A stretch of 64,000 bases of DNA from an uncultured delta proteobacterium (GTDB lineage Bacteria > Desulfobacterota > Binatia > JACPRU01). Positions 54,503 through 63,543 of the stretch are shown piece by piece (position 1 is the stretch's first letter; each line of letters starts with the position of its first letter). The position numbers and the translations under genes were made by a program. The notes under the pieces were generated by a model. It searched no databases and had not been told where the DNA came from. It saw only the letters and a list, made by a program, of their open reading frames with translations. Location of the stretch: contig CAVUWD010000013.1 of assembly GCA_963745025.1 (NCBI GenBank), positions 192,001-256,000 of the forward strand. Direction: 5' to 3'.

Positions 54503-55839
54503 GCTTTCGCTTTGGCAGGGGCCCTCGGAGGTCCCGCGGCGGCGAAGTCCCAGATGAAGGCGACCAGGCCGAGCGAGAACACGACCGAGGTTGCTAGCCA
54601 CATCAGGTAATGGACTTGGATCTTCTGCTGGGTCTCGAGGTAGCCGAAGCCCATGATGCGCTCGAGGTAGGTTTGCGCGAGGCCCGCCGCCGCCAGAGCC
54701 ATCGTCATTCCGAGCATGCCACCGACCATCAACCAGAAGGCGGCGATCCCGAGCTTGGTCTGCCGCTCCTCGGCCGGCGTGCCGGTCAGCTCTGGAAGCG
54801 CATAGGTGATCATGCCGAGCGTGATCATCGCGTAGGCGCCGAAGAACGCCATGTGGCCGTGCATGGTGGTGATGTGGGTGCCATGTGTCCAGCGGTTCAC
54901 CTGCGGCCAGGTGTGCGCGAGTCCGAGGATACCGGCGCCGAGCGTCGAGAAGATCGCCGAGCCGATCGTCCAGTGAAGCGCCAGTGTGTTGGGGTGTCCA
55001 AGACCCGAGCGCCGCAGAATGCTGTAGGCGTAAGCCGCCATCGCCAGGAAGGCGAGCGGCTCGAGCGCCGAGAATACGCCGCCGATCCACAACCAGTACG
55101 GCGGTACGCCAATCCAATAGTAATGGTGGCCCGTTCCCAGAACGCCGGAGAGAAATGTCAAGCCGACGATCACGTAGAGCCACTTCTCCATGACTTCCCG
55201 GTCCGCTCCGGAGAGGCGGATCAGCAAGAAGGCGAGCATGCCTCCGAGCACGAGCTCCCACACGCCCTCCACCCAGAGATGCACCACCCACCAGCGATAG
55301 AAGCGATCGAGCGTGTAGTTGTCGAAATTGATCAGCGCGGGAACGAAGAGAAGCGCGGTCGCCGCGAGCCCACCGACGAGGATCCCTTCGGTCGTCGTGA
55401 AGCGTCGGGCGCTGCGGATCGTCATCACCAGATTGACCAGGAACATGGCCATGACGACGACGACGCCGAGCTTCAGCACGAAGGGCATCTCGAGCAGCTT
55501 CCGCCCCTCGGTCACGCCGAAGAGATAGCGGTCGACGGTGATCACGCCGATCGCCAGCCAGAGACCCAGCTGAAGATAAGCGAGACGCGTGCTCCAGATC
55601 TCCGTGCGCGACTCCTCCGGAACGATGAAGTACGCGGCGCCCATGAAGCCCGTGATCGTCCAGACGAGCAGCAGGTTCGTATGGATCTCCTTCGAGGTGG
55701 CGAAGTTGAGCGCGTCGATCAACGGGTCCGGGCCGAGGTACTTGGCGAGGCTGAGAAACCCGAACACGACCTGCAGCCCGAAGAGCAATATGGCGGAGAA
55801 AAAGTAGGCGTAGGCGATGCGCTGAGATTCGTAGGTCAT
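54499..55839 (-). CDS. norB: cytochrome c-dependent nitric oxide reductase catalytic subunit
   Basis: 'HTN', '[11 protein letters not shown]', 'GTGHHYYW', 'HGHMAFFG'; 446 aa (cNOR size). Confidence 0.96.
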   Translation of the reverse strand: MTYESQRIAYAYFFSAILLFGLQVVFGFLSLAKYLGPDPLIDALNFATSKEIHTNLLLVWTITGFMGAAYFIVPEESRTEIWSTRLAYLQLGLWLAIGVITVDRYLFGVTEGRKLLEMPFVLKLGVVVVMAMFLVNLVMTIRSARRFTTTEGILVGGLAATALLFVPALINFDNYTLDRFYRWWVVHLWVEGVWELVLGGMLAFLLIRLSGADREVMEKWLYVIVGLTFLSGVLGTGHHYYWIGVPPYWLWIGGVFSALEPLAFLAMAAYAYSILRRSGLGHPNTLALHWTIGSAIFSTLGAGILGLAHTWPQVNRWTHGTHITTMHGHMAFFGAYAMITLGMITYALPELTGTPAEERQTKLGIAAFWLMVGGMLGMTMALAAAGLAQTYLERIMGFGYLETQQKIQVHYLMWLATSVVFSLGLVAFIWDFAAAGPPRAPAKAKA

Positions 55840-55859
55840 GGGAAGGGTGGCTCCTTGGG

Positions 55860-56669
55860 TTACTGCAGGGTCTTCAAGTAGGCGACCAGGTCCTTCACCT
55901 GCTCGGGCTTCAACACCTTTTCGTAAGTGTCCGGCATGAGCGAGGTCCCCGCGGGGGTTCTATATTTGTCACCGGGAACGATGAACGCGCTCGGCTTGAG
56001 GATCGACTCCTCGAGATAGTCCGCGCCAATCTTCGCCGAGCCCTTGTACTGCGGGTCATGAATGCGCTCGTCGGCGTGCTTGCCGATCGCGGCGAGCGAT
56101 GGACCGACCAACACCACGCCCGGCTCCGTCGCGTGACAGGTCAGGCAGATCCCTGCGCCGTTGAAGAGCGCCTTGCCACGGCTCGATGGCTCGTCCGAGG
56201 TGGCAACCCCGGCCACACCGGGAAGCCCGCGACTCGACACACCCGAGACGAGGATCGGCCGCGGCGGCCAGCCATTGGTGTCGATGTGTCCGACCCAGTC
56301 GAGAAACGCGACCACGGCCGCGATCTCGTCTGGGGAGAGACCGAGTGTGGGCATTAGGCGCCCGTCGCGAGCCTCGGAATAAAACTTCGACGGGTCGGCG
56401 AGGAACTGGGTCAGATAGGCAGGCCCGCGTTGCGAGACGATCTGCGTCAGGTCGGGCGCATAGTAAGCCCCTTCCCCGAGAAGCGTGTGGCAGTTCTCGC
56501 AGTTGTACTTCCCCCATACGTGCTTGCCGTGCCGCACCGTTTCGGTGAGGCCCTCCTCGTGGGTGCGCGCGGCGATCGTGGTGTGCGTGTGGATCGTCAG
56601 CAGGATGAACAGCGTGACGAAGAAGAACGTGCCGGCGAAGAAGAAGCCACGCGTGGTGGACTTGGTCAT
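55860..56669 (-). CDS. norC: NorC with an additional C-terminal cytochrome c domain (di-haem)
   Basis: N-terminal TM; '[18 protein letters not shown]...MP', second 'CLTCH...GPSL...SLMP'. Confidence 0.92.
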   Translation of the reverse strand: MTKSTTRGFFFAGTFFFVTLFILLTIHTHTTIAARTHEEGLTETVRHGKHVWGKYNCENCHTLLGEGAYYAPDLTQIVSQRGPAYLTQFLADPSKFYSEARDGRLMPTLGLSPDEIAAVVAFLDWVGHIDTNGWPPRPILVSGVSSRGLPGVAGVATSDEPSSRGKALFNGAGICLTCHATEPGVVLVGPSLAAIGKHADERIHDPQYKGSAKIGADYLEESILKPSAFIVPGDKYRTPAGTSLMPDTYEKVLKPEQVKDLVAYLKTLQ

Positions 56670-56890
56670 CTCAGGTCCTCTTCGCGACTCGCCTGGCGCG
56701 GATTCCGCGCGGCGCGCAGCGTATTGTAGGCCGCCGCGAAGAAGGCACCGACACCCGCGGCGGTCGCCCCGCCGACCGCGACATCGGCGGCGACAGGCGC
56801 TCCGTAACGGCCGAGGAGCGGTGCCGCCAAGACGAGACCAGCGGCGACGAGCACGAGGCTAACGATCGCCAACTCGAGACGATCCCTCAT
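56666..56890 (-). CDS. small two-TM membrane protein
   Basis: Two hydrophobic helices; stop overlaps the norC start (ATGA). Confidence 0.6.
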   Translation of the reverse strand: MRDRLELAIVSLVLVAAGLVLAAPLLGRYGAPVAADVAVGGATAAGVGAFFAAAYNTLRAARNPRQASREEDLR

Positions 56891-56894
56891 GACC

Positions 56895-57032
56895 CTACAC
56901 TCCGATGCGCGTGATGTTGTTGAGCCCGATCCCGACGGCGTAGAGCATTGCCGCGACGATCAGAGCGATGACTACGCCGCTCAACGACCAGACGAAGACG
57001 TTGCCATCTGCCGACGAAGGAGTCGTTTGCAT
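56895..57032 (-). CDS. 45-aa single-TM protein, not in the ORF track
   Basis: Read manually: MQTTPSSADGNVFVWSLSGVVIALIVAAMLYAVGIGLNNITRIGV; stop lies 4 nt before the next ATG. Confidence 0.6.
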   Translation of the reverse strand: MQTTPSSADGNVFVWSLSGVVIALIVAAMLYAVGIGLNNITRIGV

Positions 57033-57064
57033 GCCTCGGCTGTTACGGCAATTTTCCGTGGTGA

Positions 57065-57178
57065 GCAAGCGGCGGAACCAGCGAGGGCGCTTCCGATGGT
57101 CAAATGAAACTCCATCCCACGTAGTGGTCGCTTCTCGCTTTCAGGAAGCGTCCGAGCGTGCCTTCGCAAAAACGGGAA
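57065..57178 (-). promoter_or_regulatory. nor operon control region: sigma54-like motif plus enhancer-like pair
   Basis: TGGTTCCGCCGCTTGC (GG-N11-GC, one base too long); TTCTCGCTTTCAGGAA (57132) and TTCGCAAAAACGGGAA (57163), 31 bp apart. Confidence 0.6.
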
Positions 57179-57199
57179 TTCGTCGGTGCTCGACCGATC

Positions 57200-57474
57200 T
57201 AGCCGGGAAGCGCGTTTCGACGATCGTTCCGGTGTTGCCGCCCGGCACTCGTGTCACCACGGCGAGGCATCACGTGCAGCACGTGGCGACCGAATACGGA
57301 GTCGTCGACCTCTCGTTGCTCGCCGACACGGAGCGTCCCGCGGCGCTCATCGCGCTTGCGCATCCGGACTTTCGGGACGAGCTGAGAAGGGCGATCGCCG
57401 AGCGGCCTTCCGCGAGTCGAGGCCGTCCCCTTCCGGCAGTGGCATCATGGCCCTACCGAAGATTTCCCAGGTAG
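57200..57474 (+). pseudogene. C-terminal remnant of an acetyl-CoA hydrolase/transferase
   Basis: 'STIVP.L..G..VTT.R..V..V.TEYGVVDL......ER..ALI.LAHPDFR.EL'; no N-terminal domain. Confidence 0.75.
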
Positions 57475-58341
57475 CGCAGGCAGAGAGCGAAGGTAGACGA
57501 GAATCGCCTTGACCTCGGCAGCGCTCAGGGTTTCCTGGAAGTGCGTCATCGACGCGGTCTTGTCCTCGAGCATGTGCCAAATCCCTTGGCGGACCTCGTC
57601 GGAAGAGTGCGTGCTGAAGAAGCGCTCGTCGAAGGCAAAATGCGGCGCGGGCCGAGTCAGGAGCGCGCCGGTGGCGCCTTCGCCGTGGAGGCCATGGCAA
57701 GATGAGCAGAAGCGGTCGTAGAGCTCGTAGCCGGGTGAGAGGAGACGAATGAAGCGTGCGAGATCTGCGGCTTCTCGCTCGGTCACGCGCGGCACGAGCG
57801 CCGGCATGCTGCGCCGGCCGTGTCGGGCCAGGCCGCGTAGCTCGCGGTCGCTGACCCCGGCCTGAAATGCCGGAGCGGAGAGATCGAGCGGCCGGTGCTC
57901 CACGCCCGGAGGGAGCTGCGCTTGGGGGTGACCGTAGCGATCATGGCAAGGAGTGCAGCGCTCGTAATAGATCTGCTCGCCAGCATCGACCCATCGCCAC
58001 GATACCGAGGGCAGGTCGTGTAGAAACTGATAAAGGGCTTCCGTATCCGCCGCCTGCCGCGCGATCGATTCGGGGCGGAATTGGAGCTCCATCTTCTTTC
58101 CTGCCTGGATCCTCTCGATTAGCTTCTCGTCGGAGTAGGAGCTCAAGACGTCGTCGCGCCGAAGATCGGCGGGGCGGTTGCGCAGATAGGTGGCATCCGG
58201 ACCGTCACCGATCGCGGTCGGGCCGTGGCAATGGGAGCAATGGGCCATGTAGAGCGCCCGTCCCTTGTCGATGGCGGCTACGCGGGGAATCGGCGAGCCG
58301 AGATCGAAGAGCAGGAAGAGCACTACCGGGACAAGTGTCAT
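57445..58341 (-). CDS. tri-haem cytochrome c, paralog 3
   Basis: Signal peptide; CSHCH, CTPCH, CSSCH. Confidence 0.9.
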   Translation of the reverse strand: MTLVPVVLFLLFDLGSPIPRVAAIDKGRALYMAHCSHCHGPTAIGDGPDATYLRNRPADLRRDDVLSSYSDEKLIERIQAGKKMELQFRPESIARQAADTEALYQFLHDLPSVSWRWVDAGEQIYYERCTPCHDRYGHPQAQLPPGVEHRPLDLSAPAFQAGVSDRELRGLARHGRRSMPALVPRVTEREAADLARFIRLLSPGYELYDRFCSSCHGLHGEGATGALLTRPAPHFAFDERFFSTHSSDEVRQGIWHMLEDKTASMTHFQETLSAAEVKAILVYLRSLPALPGKSSVGP

Positions 58342-58389
58342 CGCGCTACCGCAGGCTTGCCGCGCTCAGTTTCATGCTTCGAAGGGTTA

Positions 58390-58546
58390 GCAAGTAACCT
58401 GCCACGACATCGGAGCCGAATTGCGTCACCTCGGTCGATCGAGTCTCGTAGCGCCGGGAAGCCTTCACCCGGCGTTTCTCATTTCTTGGACGAAGCGACG
58501 CCGTATCCTTAACTGGAGGATGAGCATAGGATGGTACGAATCCTGC
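58390..58546. promoter_or_regulatory. symmetric divergent sigma54 promoters around one enhancer-like pair
   Basis: TGGCAGGTTACTTGC at 58390-58404 (-); CTCGTAGCGCCGGGAA (58445); TTCTCATTTCTTGGAC (58476); TGGTACGAATCCTGC at 58532-58546 (+). Confidence 0.72.
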
Positions 58547-58559
58547 TGACTTCGGACAA

Positions 58560-58781
58560 GTGGAAAACGTAACGGAGCTGCTGCCTTTCGTACTTTCGGT
58601 TATGGCGATCGCAGGCATCGTGTTCCTCGCCACGATCACGATCTCGGCGGCGTGGGTGTATCGATCCTTGCGCGGCATTCACCGAGCCGAATGGCCATTG
58701 ACGGGCAAGCTCGCGGCGATCGAGCTCGACGCGGTTCGGCGGCTGCATTCTTTGGCATCCAGCACCGTCGCGTCTCATTAA
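58560..58781 (+). CDS. small single-TM hypothetical protein
   Basis: Hydrophobic N-terminal half; directly downstream of a sigma54 motif. Confidence 0.45.
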   Translation: MENVTELLPFVLSVMAIAGIVFLATITISAAWVYRSLRGIHRAEWPLTGKLAAIELDAVRRLHSLASSTVASH

Positions 58782-58804
58782 CGACAGATTTTCTGGAGGG
58801 CTCC

Positions 58805-60021
58805 ATGGACTTCAGCATTCCCGACGAGATCCGCGAGCTTTGCGACGGCATCCAACGCTTCATGGACGAGCACGTCTATCCGCTCGAGCGCTCCGAGCGA
58901 TGGCGCATGGAAGCTGGGCGGCCCGGCGTATCCGCCGCGATGAAGGCGGTGCAGGAACGGGCGAAAGCCCTCGGGTATTGGGCGTTCCACCTGCCGGCCG
59001 AGGCCGGAGGCGCAGGCATCCCGTTCATGCATTACGTCTACGTCAACGAGATCCTCGGCAGGAGCCCGTTCGGGCCGGCTTGCGTGGGCTCCCAGGCGCC
59101 GGACTCGGGGAACGCGGAGATTCTCTGGCGCTTCGGCACGCCGGAGCAGAAGGAAGCGCTGGCTCGAGCCGCTGGTCGCGGGCGATATCCGCAGCTGCTT
59201 CTCGATGACGGAGCCGGAGGTCGCGGGCTCCGATCCGCGCTGGCTCCGCACCACCGCGGTTCGCGACGGCGATCACTACGTCGTCAACGGTCACAAGTGG
59301 TTCTCGAGCGGTGCGCACGGCGCGGCGTTCGCGATCGTCATGGCGCAAGACAATCCCGCAGCATCCCGACCCGCATCGTCGCTTCAGCCAGATCATCGTG
59401 CCGACCGACACGCCGGGCTTCACGATCGAGCGCGGGCATCCCGGTGATGGGCGACGACGACAACCATCACGCCGAGATTCGCTACGAGGACTGCCGCGTG
59501 CCCGGTCACCAATCGTCTCGGCGAGGAGGGATCGGGGTTCGCGATCGCGCAGGAGCGCCTCGGCCCCGGGCGGATCCATCACTGCATGCGCTGGCTCGGC
59601 GTGGCCGAGCGCGCCTTCGAGCTGATGTGTCGCTACGCCACCGAGCGCGAGGTGTTCGGCTCGGCGCTCGCGCGCAAGGCGAACATCCAGGACTGGATCG
59701 CCGAGGCGCGCGCGGACATCCATGCCGCGCGGCTGATGACGCTCCACGCGGCCTGGAAGATCGACACCGCAGGGCAGCGAGGCCGCGCGCGAGGAGATCT
59801 CGCTCATCAAGTTCTTCGGCGCGCAGCGTGCTGCACGAGCGTGGTCGACAAGGCGATCCAGGTGCACGGCGCCGCCGGCGCCACCGAGGATCATGCCGCT
59901 GTCGATGTTCTATCGCCAGGCTCGTCTCGCGCGCATCTACGACGGCCCAGACGAGGTCCACAAGATGGTCGTGGCGCGGCGGATCCTCGCGCCATACGAG
60001 TCGTCGCGCCGCATCACCTAG
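58805..60021 (+). CDS. acyl-CoA dehydrogenase (multiple frameshifts)
   Basis: '[11 protein letters not shown]', '[10 protein letters not shown]', 'NGHKWF', '[12 protein letters not shown]', 'QVHG', '[10 protein letters not shown]'. Confidence 0.9.
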
Positions 60022-60074
60022 GTGTCTTTGCCGCTACCGTTGGGGAGAAGGCGCCGACTGGCCGGGTGAGGGGG

Positions 60075-60740
60075 CTACCTTCTCAACGGTCGGGCGCGTC
60101 CACTTCCGCGATTCTTCGTCGCCGGCCGCGAGATCTCGCTCGCCTTCGACTCCGTGGTCGTTTTCGGCGGCGCGCGGCGCTCGCCCCAAAGGCGCTTCGA
60201 GATGCCCCGCAGCGCAGCGCCGATGCTCGCCGGCGGTGCCGCTTCGCGGCTGCGTCGATGGGCTTCCACACGTCGCCGCAATCCTTGGTCGGTCGCGCGA
60301 CGCTCGATCATCGCGAGCAGCAGCTCGACGTGCTCTTCGATGCTGCAATGCTCGTCGGTGCTGGCGCCTGCGGATTCGACGCCGCTGATGCGCAAGAGCT
60401 CGGCGTAAACGCGATCGAGCTCCAGCTCCTCGAGCTCCAGCGCAGTCTTCAAAGCGTCGTCGACGTTCGTCGGCGCGGGCCACGAAGTCAGCGCACGCAC
60501 GAAGCCGCGAATCGAGGCGAGGCTCGTGGCGTCGATCGCCTCGAGCCGTTCGGGCTTCTCGATCGCGAGCGCCGCGGCCGCCGAGAGCAACGAGGCGTGC
60601 TGTCGCTCCGCAGACGCCATCTCGGTCCAGAAGGATGCGAGGTCTCGATCGGCGTGCCAACGAGCCGCGAAACCTTGGTAGAGCTCGCCGATATGGCTCT
60701 CCAGCTCCGCGCACTCGCGAAGTAGATCCGCCAGCTGCAC
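60075..60740 (-). CDS. ferritin-like/rubrerythrin-like protein 2
   Basis: 'LE..IGELY', 'FW.EMA.AERQH', 'ALELEELELD', 'EEH'; paralog of the 49131 gene. Confidence 0.72.
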   Translation of the reverse strand: MQLADLLRECAELESHIGELYQGFAARWHADRDLASFWTEMASAERQHASLLSAAAALAIEKPERLEAIDATSLASIRGFVRALTSWPAPTNVDDALKTALELEELELDRVYAELLRISGVESAGASTDEHCSIEEHVELLLAMIERRATDQGLRRRVEAHRRSREAAPPASIGAALRGISKRLWGERRAPPKTTTESKASEISRPATKNRGSGRARPLRR

Positions 60741-60758
60741 GTCACGCCTCGCTTCGCC

Positions 60759-61220
60759 TCACGAACGAGCTTCCGGAACGGTCGTCAGCACTGGACAGGT
60801 GGAGCTCCGAACCACCTTTTCGGCTACGCTACCGAGCGCCACGCGCCAAACACCCTTTCTCCCGTGCGTCGCCATCACCACCAAGTCGATTCCCAGCTCC
60901 TTCTCCGCGCGAAGGATCTCGGCGATAGGATCGCCGACTCGCGTCATCGTCGAATAGGGGACTTCGCCGTCGAGAGCTTCGAGCGCCGTCGCCTCGAGCT
61001 TGCGCCTCGCCTCGGCCTCCACCCACGCTTCCGCCCCGGCGGCCTGCTCGACCGCGCAGTAATGCTGCTCCGAGAACGCAGCCTCGCGCAGCGGGATGAC
61101 GTGTAGAAGAACGAGCTTGGCGTGGTCGTGGATCGCCAGGCCCTTCGCGAGTTGAAGCGCGGCGAGCGACCCGTCGTCGAACTCGAATGGGACGAGAATC
61201 GACTGAAATGGATGGGTCAT
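60759..61220 (-). CDS. universal stress protein
   Basis: 'ILVPFEF', 'DLVVMATHGR.G....LGSVAEKVVR...CPVL'. Confidence 0.95.
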   Translation of the reverse strand: MTHPFQSILVPFEFDDGSLAALQLAKGLAIHDHAKLVLLHVIPLREAAFSEQHYCAVEQAAGAEAWVEAEARRKLEATALEALDGEVPYSTMTRVGDPIAEILRAEKELGIDLVVMATHGRKGVWRVALGSVAEKVVRSSTCPVLTTVPEARS

Positions 61221-61255
61221 TGGCGTTACTCCGTATCGAAAGGCATCGAAGCGAA

Positions 61256-62092
61256 TCAGTGATAGAGGAATAGGGGAATGGGACTGTCACGGAGCACGGT
61301 CTTCGTTACCGACCCGAGCAGGAACTCCTTCAGCACGGGTTGCCCGTAGGCGCCCATCACCATGAGCTCTGCGCCGAGCTCTCGTGCCCAGTGGAGGAGC
61401 ATCTCCGCGGTCGATTCGACCGGCGCCTCGTCGACGTGCATCTCGGTCTTGACCTCATGGGCGACCAGAAAGTCGAGCGCCCTTTGGGCCGAACGCCGCG
61501 CCTCCATCTTACTCGCGCCGATTGCGACGATGTGGGCCGATTGCGATCTCTGGAGGCCGAGGCCGTGGAAGAGCTGGAGCGCCCGCGACGCCTGGAGGCT
61601 TCCGTCATAGGCGATCACCGTGGCGCTGCCCGCGATCAGCTTGCGCGGCACGGTGACCACGGGCCGCGGGGCGCTTCTCAATACCCGCTCGAGAGTCTCG
61701 CAGGGACGCCGCCGCGTCTCGAAATGAAAGTACGTCTGCTGGCCGAGCAGGATCACGTCGTGCGATTGCGCCTCGAGGTTGATCTGCTCGTGAGGCAAAC
61801 CGACGTCTTCGAGCGCGCGCCAGGCGACGCCGCTTTCGCGACAGCGATCGCCGAAATGCTCCAGGAATTCTTCGACCCGACGCCTCGCATCGGCTAGCAA
61901 GGTCTCGTCGCGGTGGTGCTTGAAGGCCGCTCCGCCGATCGGCGCCGGCGCGCTCTTGACGATCGTCGGCTCGTCGACGATCCCGAGTCCGACGAGCTCC
62001 GCCCCGAAATGGCGCGCCCAGCCGATGCCCAGATCGACCGCGCTCACGCTGAACTCCGATCCATCCAAACCGACGAGGATCTTGCGGATCAC
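61256..62092 (-). CDS. tandem-domain universal stress protein
   Basis: 'ILVGLDGS', 'IAYDGS', 'MGAYG.....LLGSVT'. Confidence 0.93.
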   Translation of the reverse strand: MIRKILVGLDGSEFSVSAVDLGIGWARHFGAELVGLGIVDEPTIVKSAPAPIGGAAFKHHRDETLLADARRRVEEFLEHFGDRCRESGVAWRALEDVGLPHEQINLEAQSHDVILLGQQTYFHFETRRRPCETLERVLRSAPRPVVTVPRKLIAGSATVIAYDGSLQASRALQLFHGLGLQRSQSAHIVAIGASKMEARRSAQRALDFLVAHEVKTEMHVDEAPVESTAEMLLHWARELGAELMVMGAYGQPVLKEFLLGSVTKTVLRDSPIPLFLYH

Positions 62093-62239
62093 TTGGGTGC
62101 CCCTCGTCTTGGCGATGCTGCGAGAGAGGGCGTCGCCCTCGCCGTGGCGAAGCCACCGATCGAGACCCAAAAGGCGCCGAAGAGCATCAGCGTCACCACG
62201 AATGTCAGCGGGAGTGCGGACGTCAGGGGTCGATCCTCC

Positions 62240-62518
62240 TCAATGCTCGTAGCCCGTGTGCGGGCATCCAGCTTCGGCAGCGGCGTCGAGCACGCGGTGG
62301 CCTCGAGCAATCAGCGCTGCCACAAGACCCTCGAGGCTGGGCGTGCGGACGCGCAGTCGGTACGCTCCGTTCTGCATGGGATCCTTTGCTGGCGCGGTCG
62401 CCACGAGGTCGCCTCCCTCGTCGCGGATGATCGTCGAGACTTCCGATAGCGATAGTCGCCCGCGCGATGGTCGGACGACGATCGTCTCGACGGTGCCGAT
62501 CGCGTCTGCGACGATCAT
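62240..62518 (-). CDS. small ACT-like domain protein
   Basis: 'GRLSLSEVSTII...GG.L...LRV.......AL...G.RV' resembles the ACT domain of AcuB-type proteins; GAGGAG RBS. Confidence 0.5.
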   Translation of the reverse strand: MIVADAIGTVETIVVRPSRGRLSLSEVSTIIRDEGGDLVATAPAKDPMQNGAYRLRVRTPSLEGLVAALIARGHRVLDAAAEAGCPHTGYEH

Positions 62519-62531
62519 CCGATTCTCCTCT

Positions 62532-62870
62532 TCACACGACCGCGTCCTCTGCGGCGGCGAGCACGAACTCGAAAGCCGCCGTCGCCTGAGCGAGCTTCTG
62601 CACCGCGAGTGACGCAAACTCCGTACCGAGGTCGATGGCTTTGTTGGGATTGTAGCGTTCGAGCGCCGCACGGTAGGCGTTCTCGAGCTCGACGCGACTC
62701 GCGCCCGGTCTTACGCCGAGCAGCGCGAAAGCATGCGCTAGCGCAGAGAGCGGCCCGAGCCCGAGACGGTCGAGTTGCTGCGCAGCGGACAACTCATTCG
62801 GGGTGATCCTGCCATCGGCGGCCGTCATCGCGACCGCGAGCCGGACGATCATTCTTCGCGGGTCTCCCAC
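62532..62870 (-). CDS. miniature TerB/J-domain (DjlA-like) protein
   Basis: 'AADGRITPNE' plus 'LLGV..GAS..E...AYR....YNPNK'. Confidence 0.6.
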   Translation of the reverse strand: MGDPRRMIVRLAVAMTAADGRITPNELSAAQQLDRLGLGPLSALAHAFALLGVRPGASRVELENAYRAALERYNPNKAIDLGTEFASLAVQKLAQATAAFEFVLAAAEDAVV

Positions 62871-62883
62871 GCCGCTTCGTGAA

Positions 62884-62985
62884 GCGAGCGGCGTGCCACG
62901 CGATTTCCGGAGTTTTTCTATGGTTTTGCCAGAACTCTTCTCATTCCTGGCAAATCTCGCGATGCGATTCTCTCGGACTTCGGAA
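62884..62985 (-). promoter_or_regulatory. sigma54 promoter plus enhancer-like pair
   Basis: TGGCACGCCGCTCGC at 62884-62898 (-); TTCTCATTCCTGGCAA (62938) and CTCTCGGACTTCGGAA (62970), 32 bp apart. Confidence 0.7.
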
Positions 62986-63021
62986 TTGGCGAGGAGAGGG
63001 GCGGCGCCGGCGCTCCGAGCG

Positions 63022-63510
63022 TCAAGCGATGCGTCGCGCGCGCCGGCGCGTCCGTTTTTGCGTACGAACGCTCGTGGCCGGCAGCGTCAACACCGGGCAG
63101 CGCGCGCCGCGCAGGACGCGCTCCGCCACGCTTCCGAGAAAAAGGTGGGATAGCCCGCTGCGCCCATGCGTCGCCATCATGATCAAATCGGCGCCAAGCC
63201 GCACCGCGGTGTCGACGATGGCCGCCGCAGCCGTGCCGTTGACGAGGACGCTCCGGCAGCGAATGCGGCGCCTCTTTCTGAGGCGCTCGAGCCGAAGCGC
63301 CAAACCCTGCCGAGCACCGCGCTGCAGTTCTTCCATGACGTTGGCGACCGCCGAAGCGCCGAACAGGTCGCCCGCCAACACGACGGGCTCGACCGCGTGG
63401 AGCAGCACGACCTCCGACCCGAGGGTACGAGCCAACTCGACCGCCTGCTCCGCGCAGCCGTCGGAGATTTCGGAGAAGTCCGTGGGCACAAGAATCCGTC
63501 GAATCTTCAT
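63022..63510 (-). CDS. universal stress protein
   Basis: 'ILVPTDFS', 'MATHGRSGL....GSVAERV'. Confidence 0.95.
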   Translation of the reverse strand: MKIRRILVPTDFSEISDGCAEQAVELARTLGSEVVLLHAVEPVVLAGDLFGASAVANVMEELQRGARQGLALRLERLRKRRRIRCRSVLVNGTAAAAIVDTAVRLGADLIMMATHGRSGLSHLFLGSVAERVLRGARCPVLTLPATSVRTQKRTRRRARRIA

Positions 63511-63543
63511 GCCAATCTCCTGCGAGGGGGGGCTCGATGGCTC

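Noticed and set aside
60080-60095. Enhancer-like box TTCTCAACGGTCGGGC
   Set aside because: Single, weak right half, between convergent gene ends with no sigma54 motif nearby.
62089-62310. Small TM ORF upstream of the tandem USP
   Set aside because: A hydrophobic segment and GAGGAGG are present but there is no convincing start codon; left uncalled.
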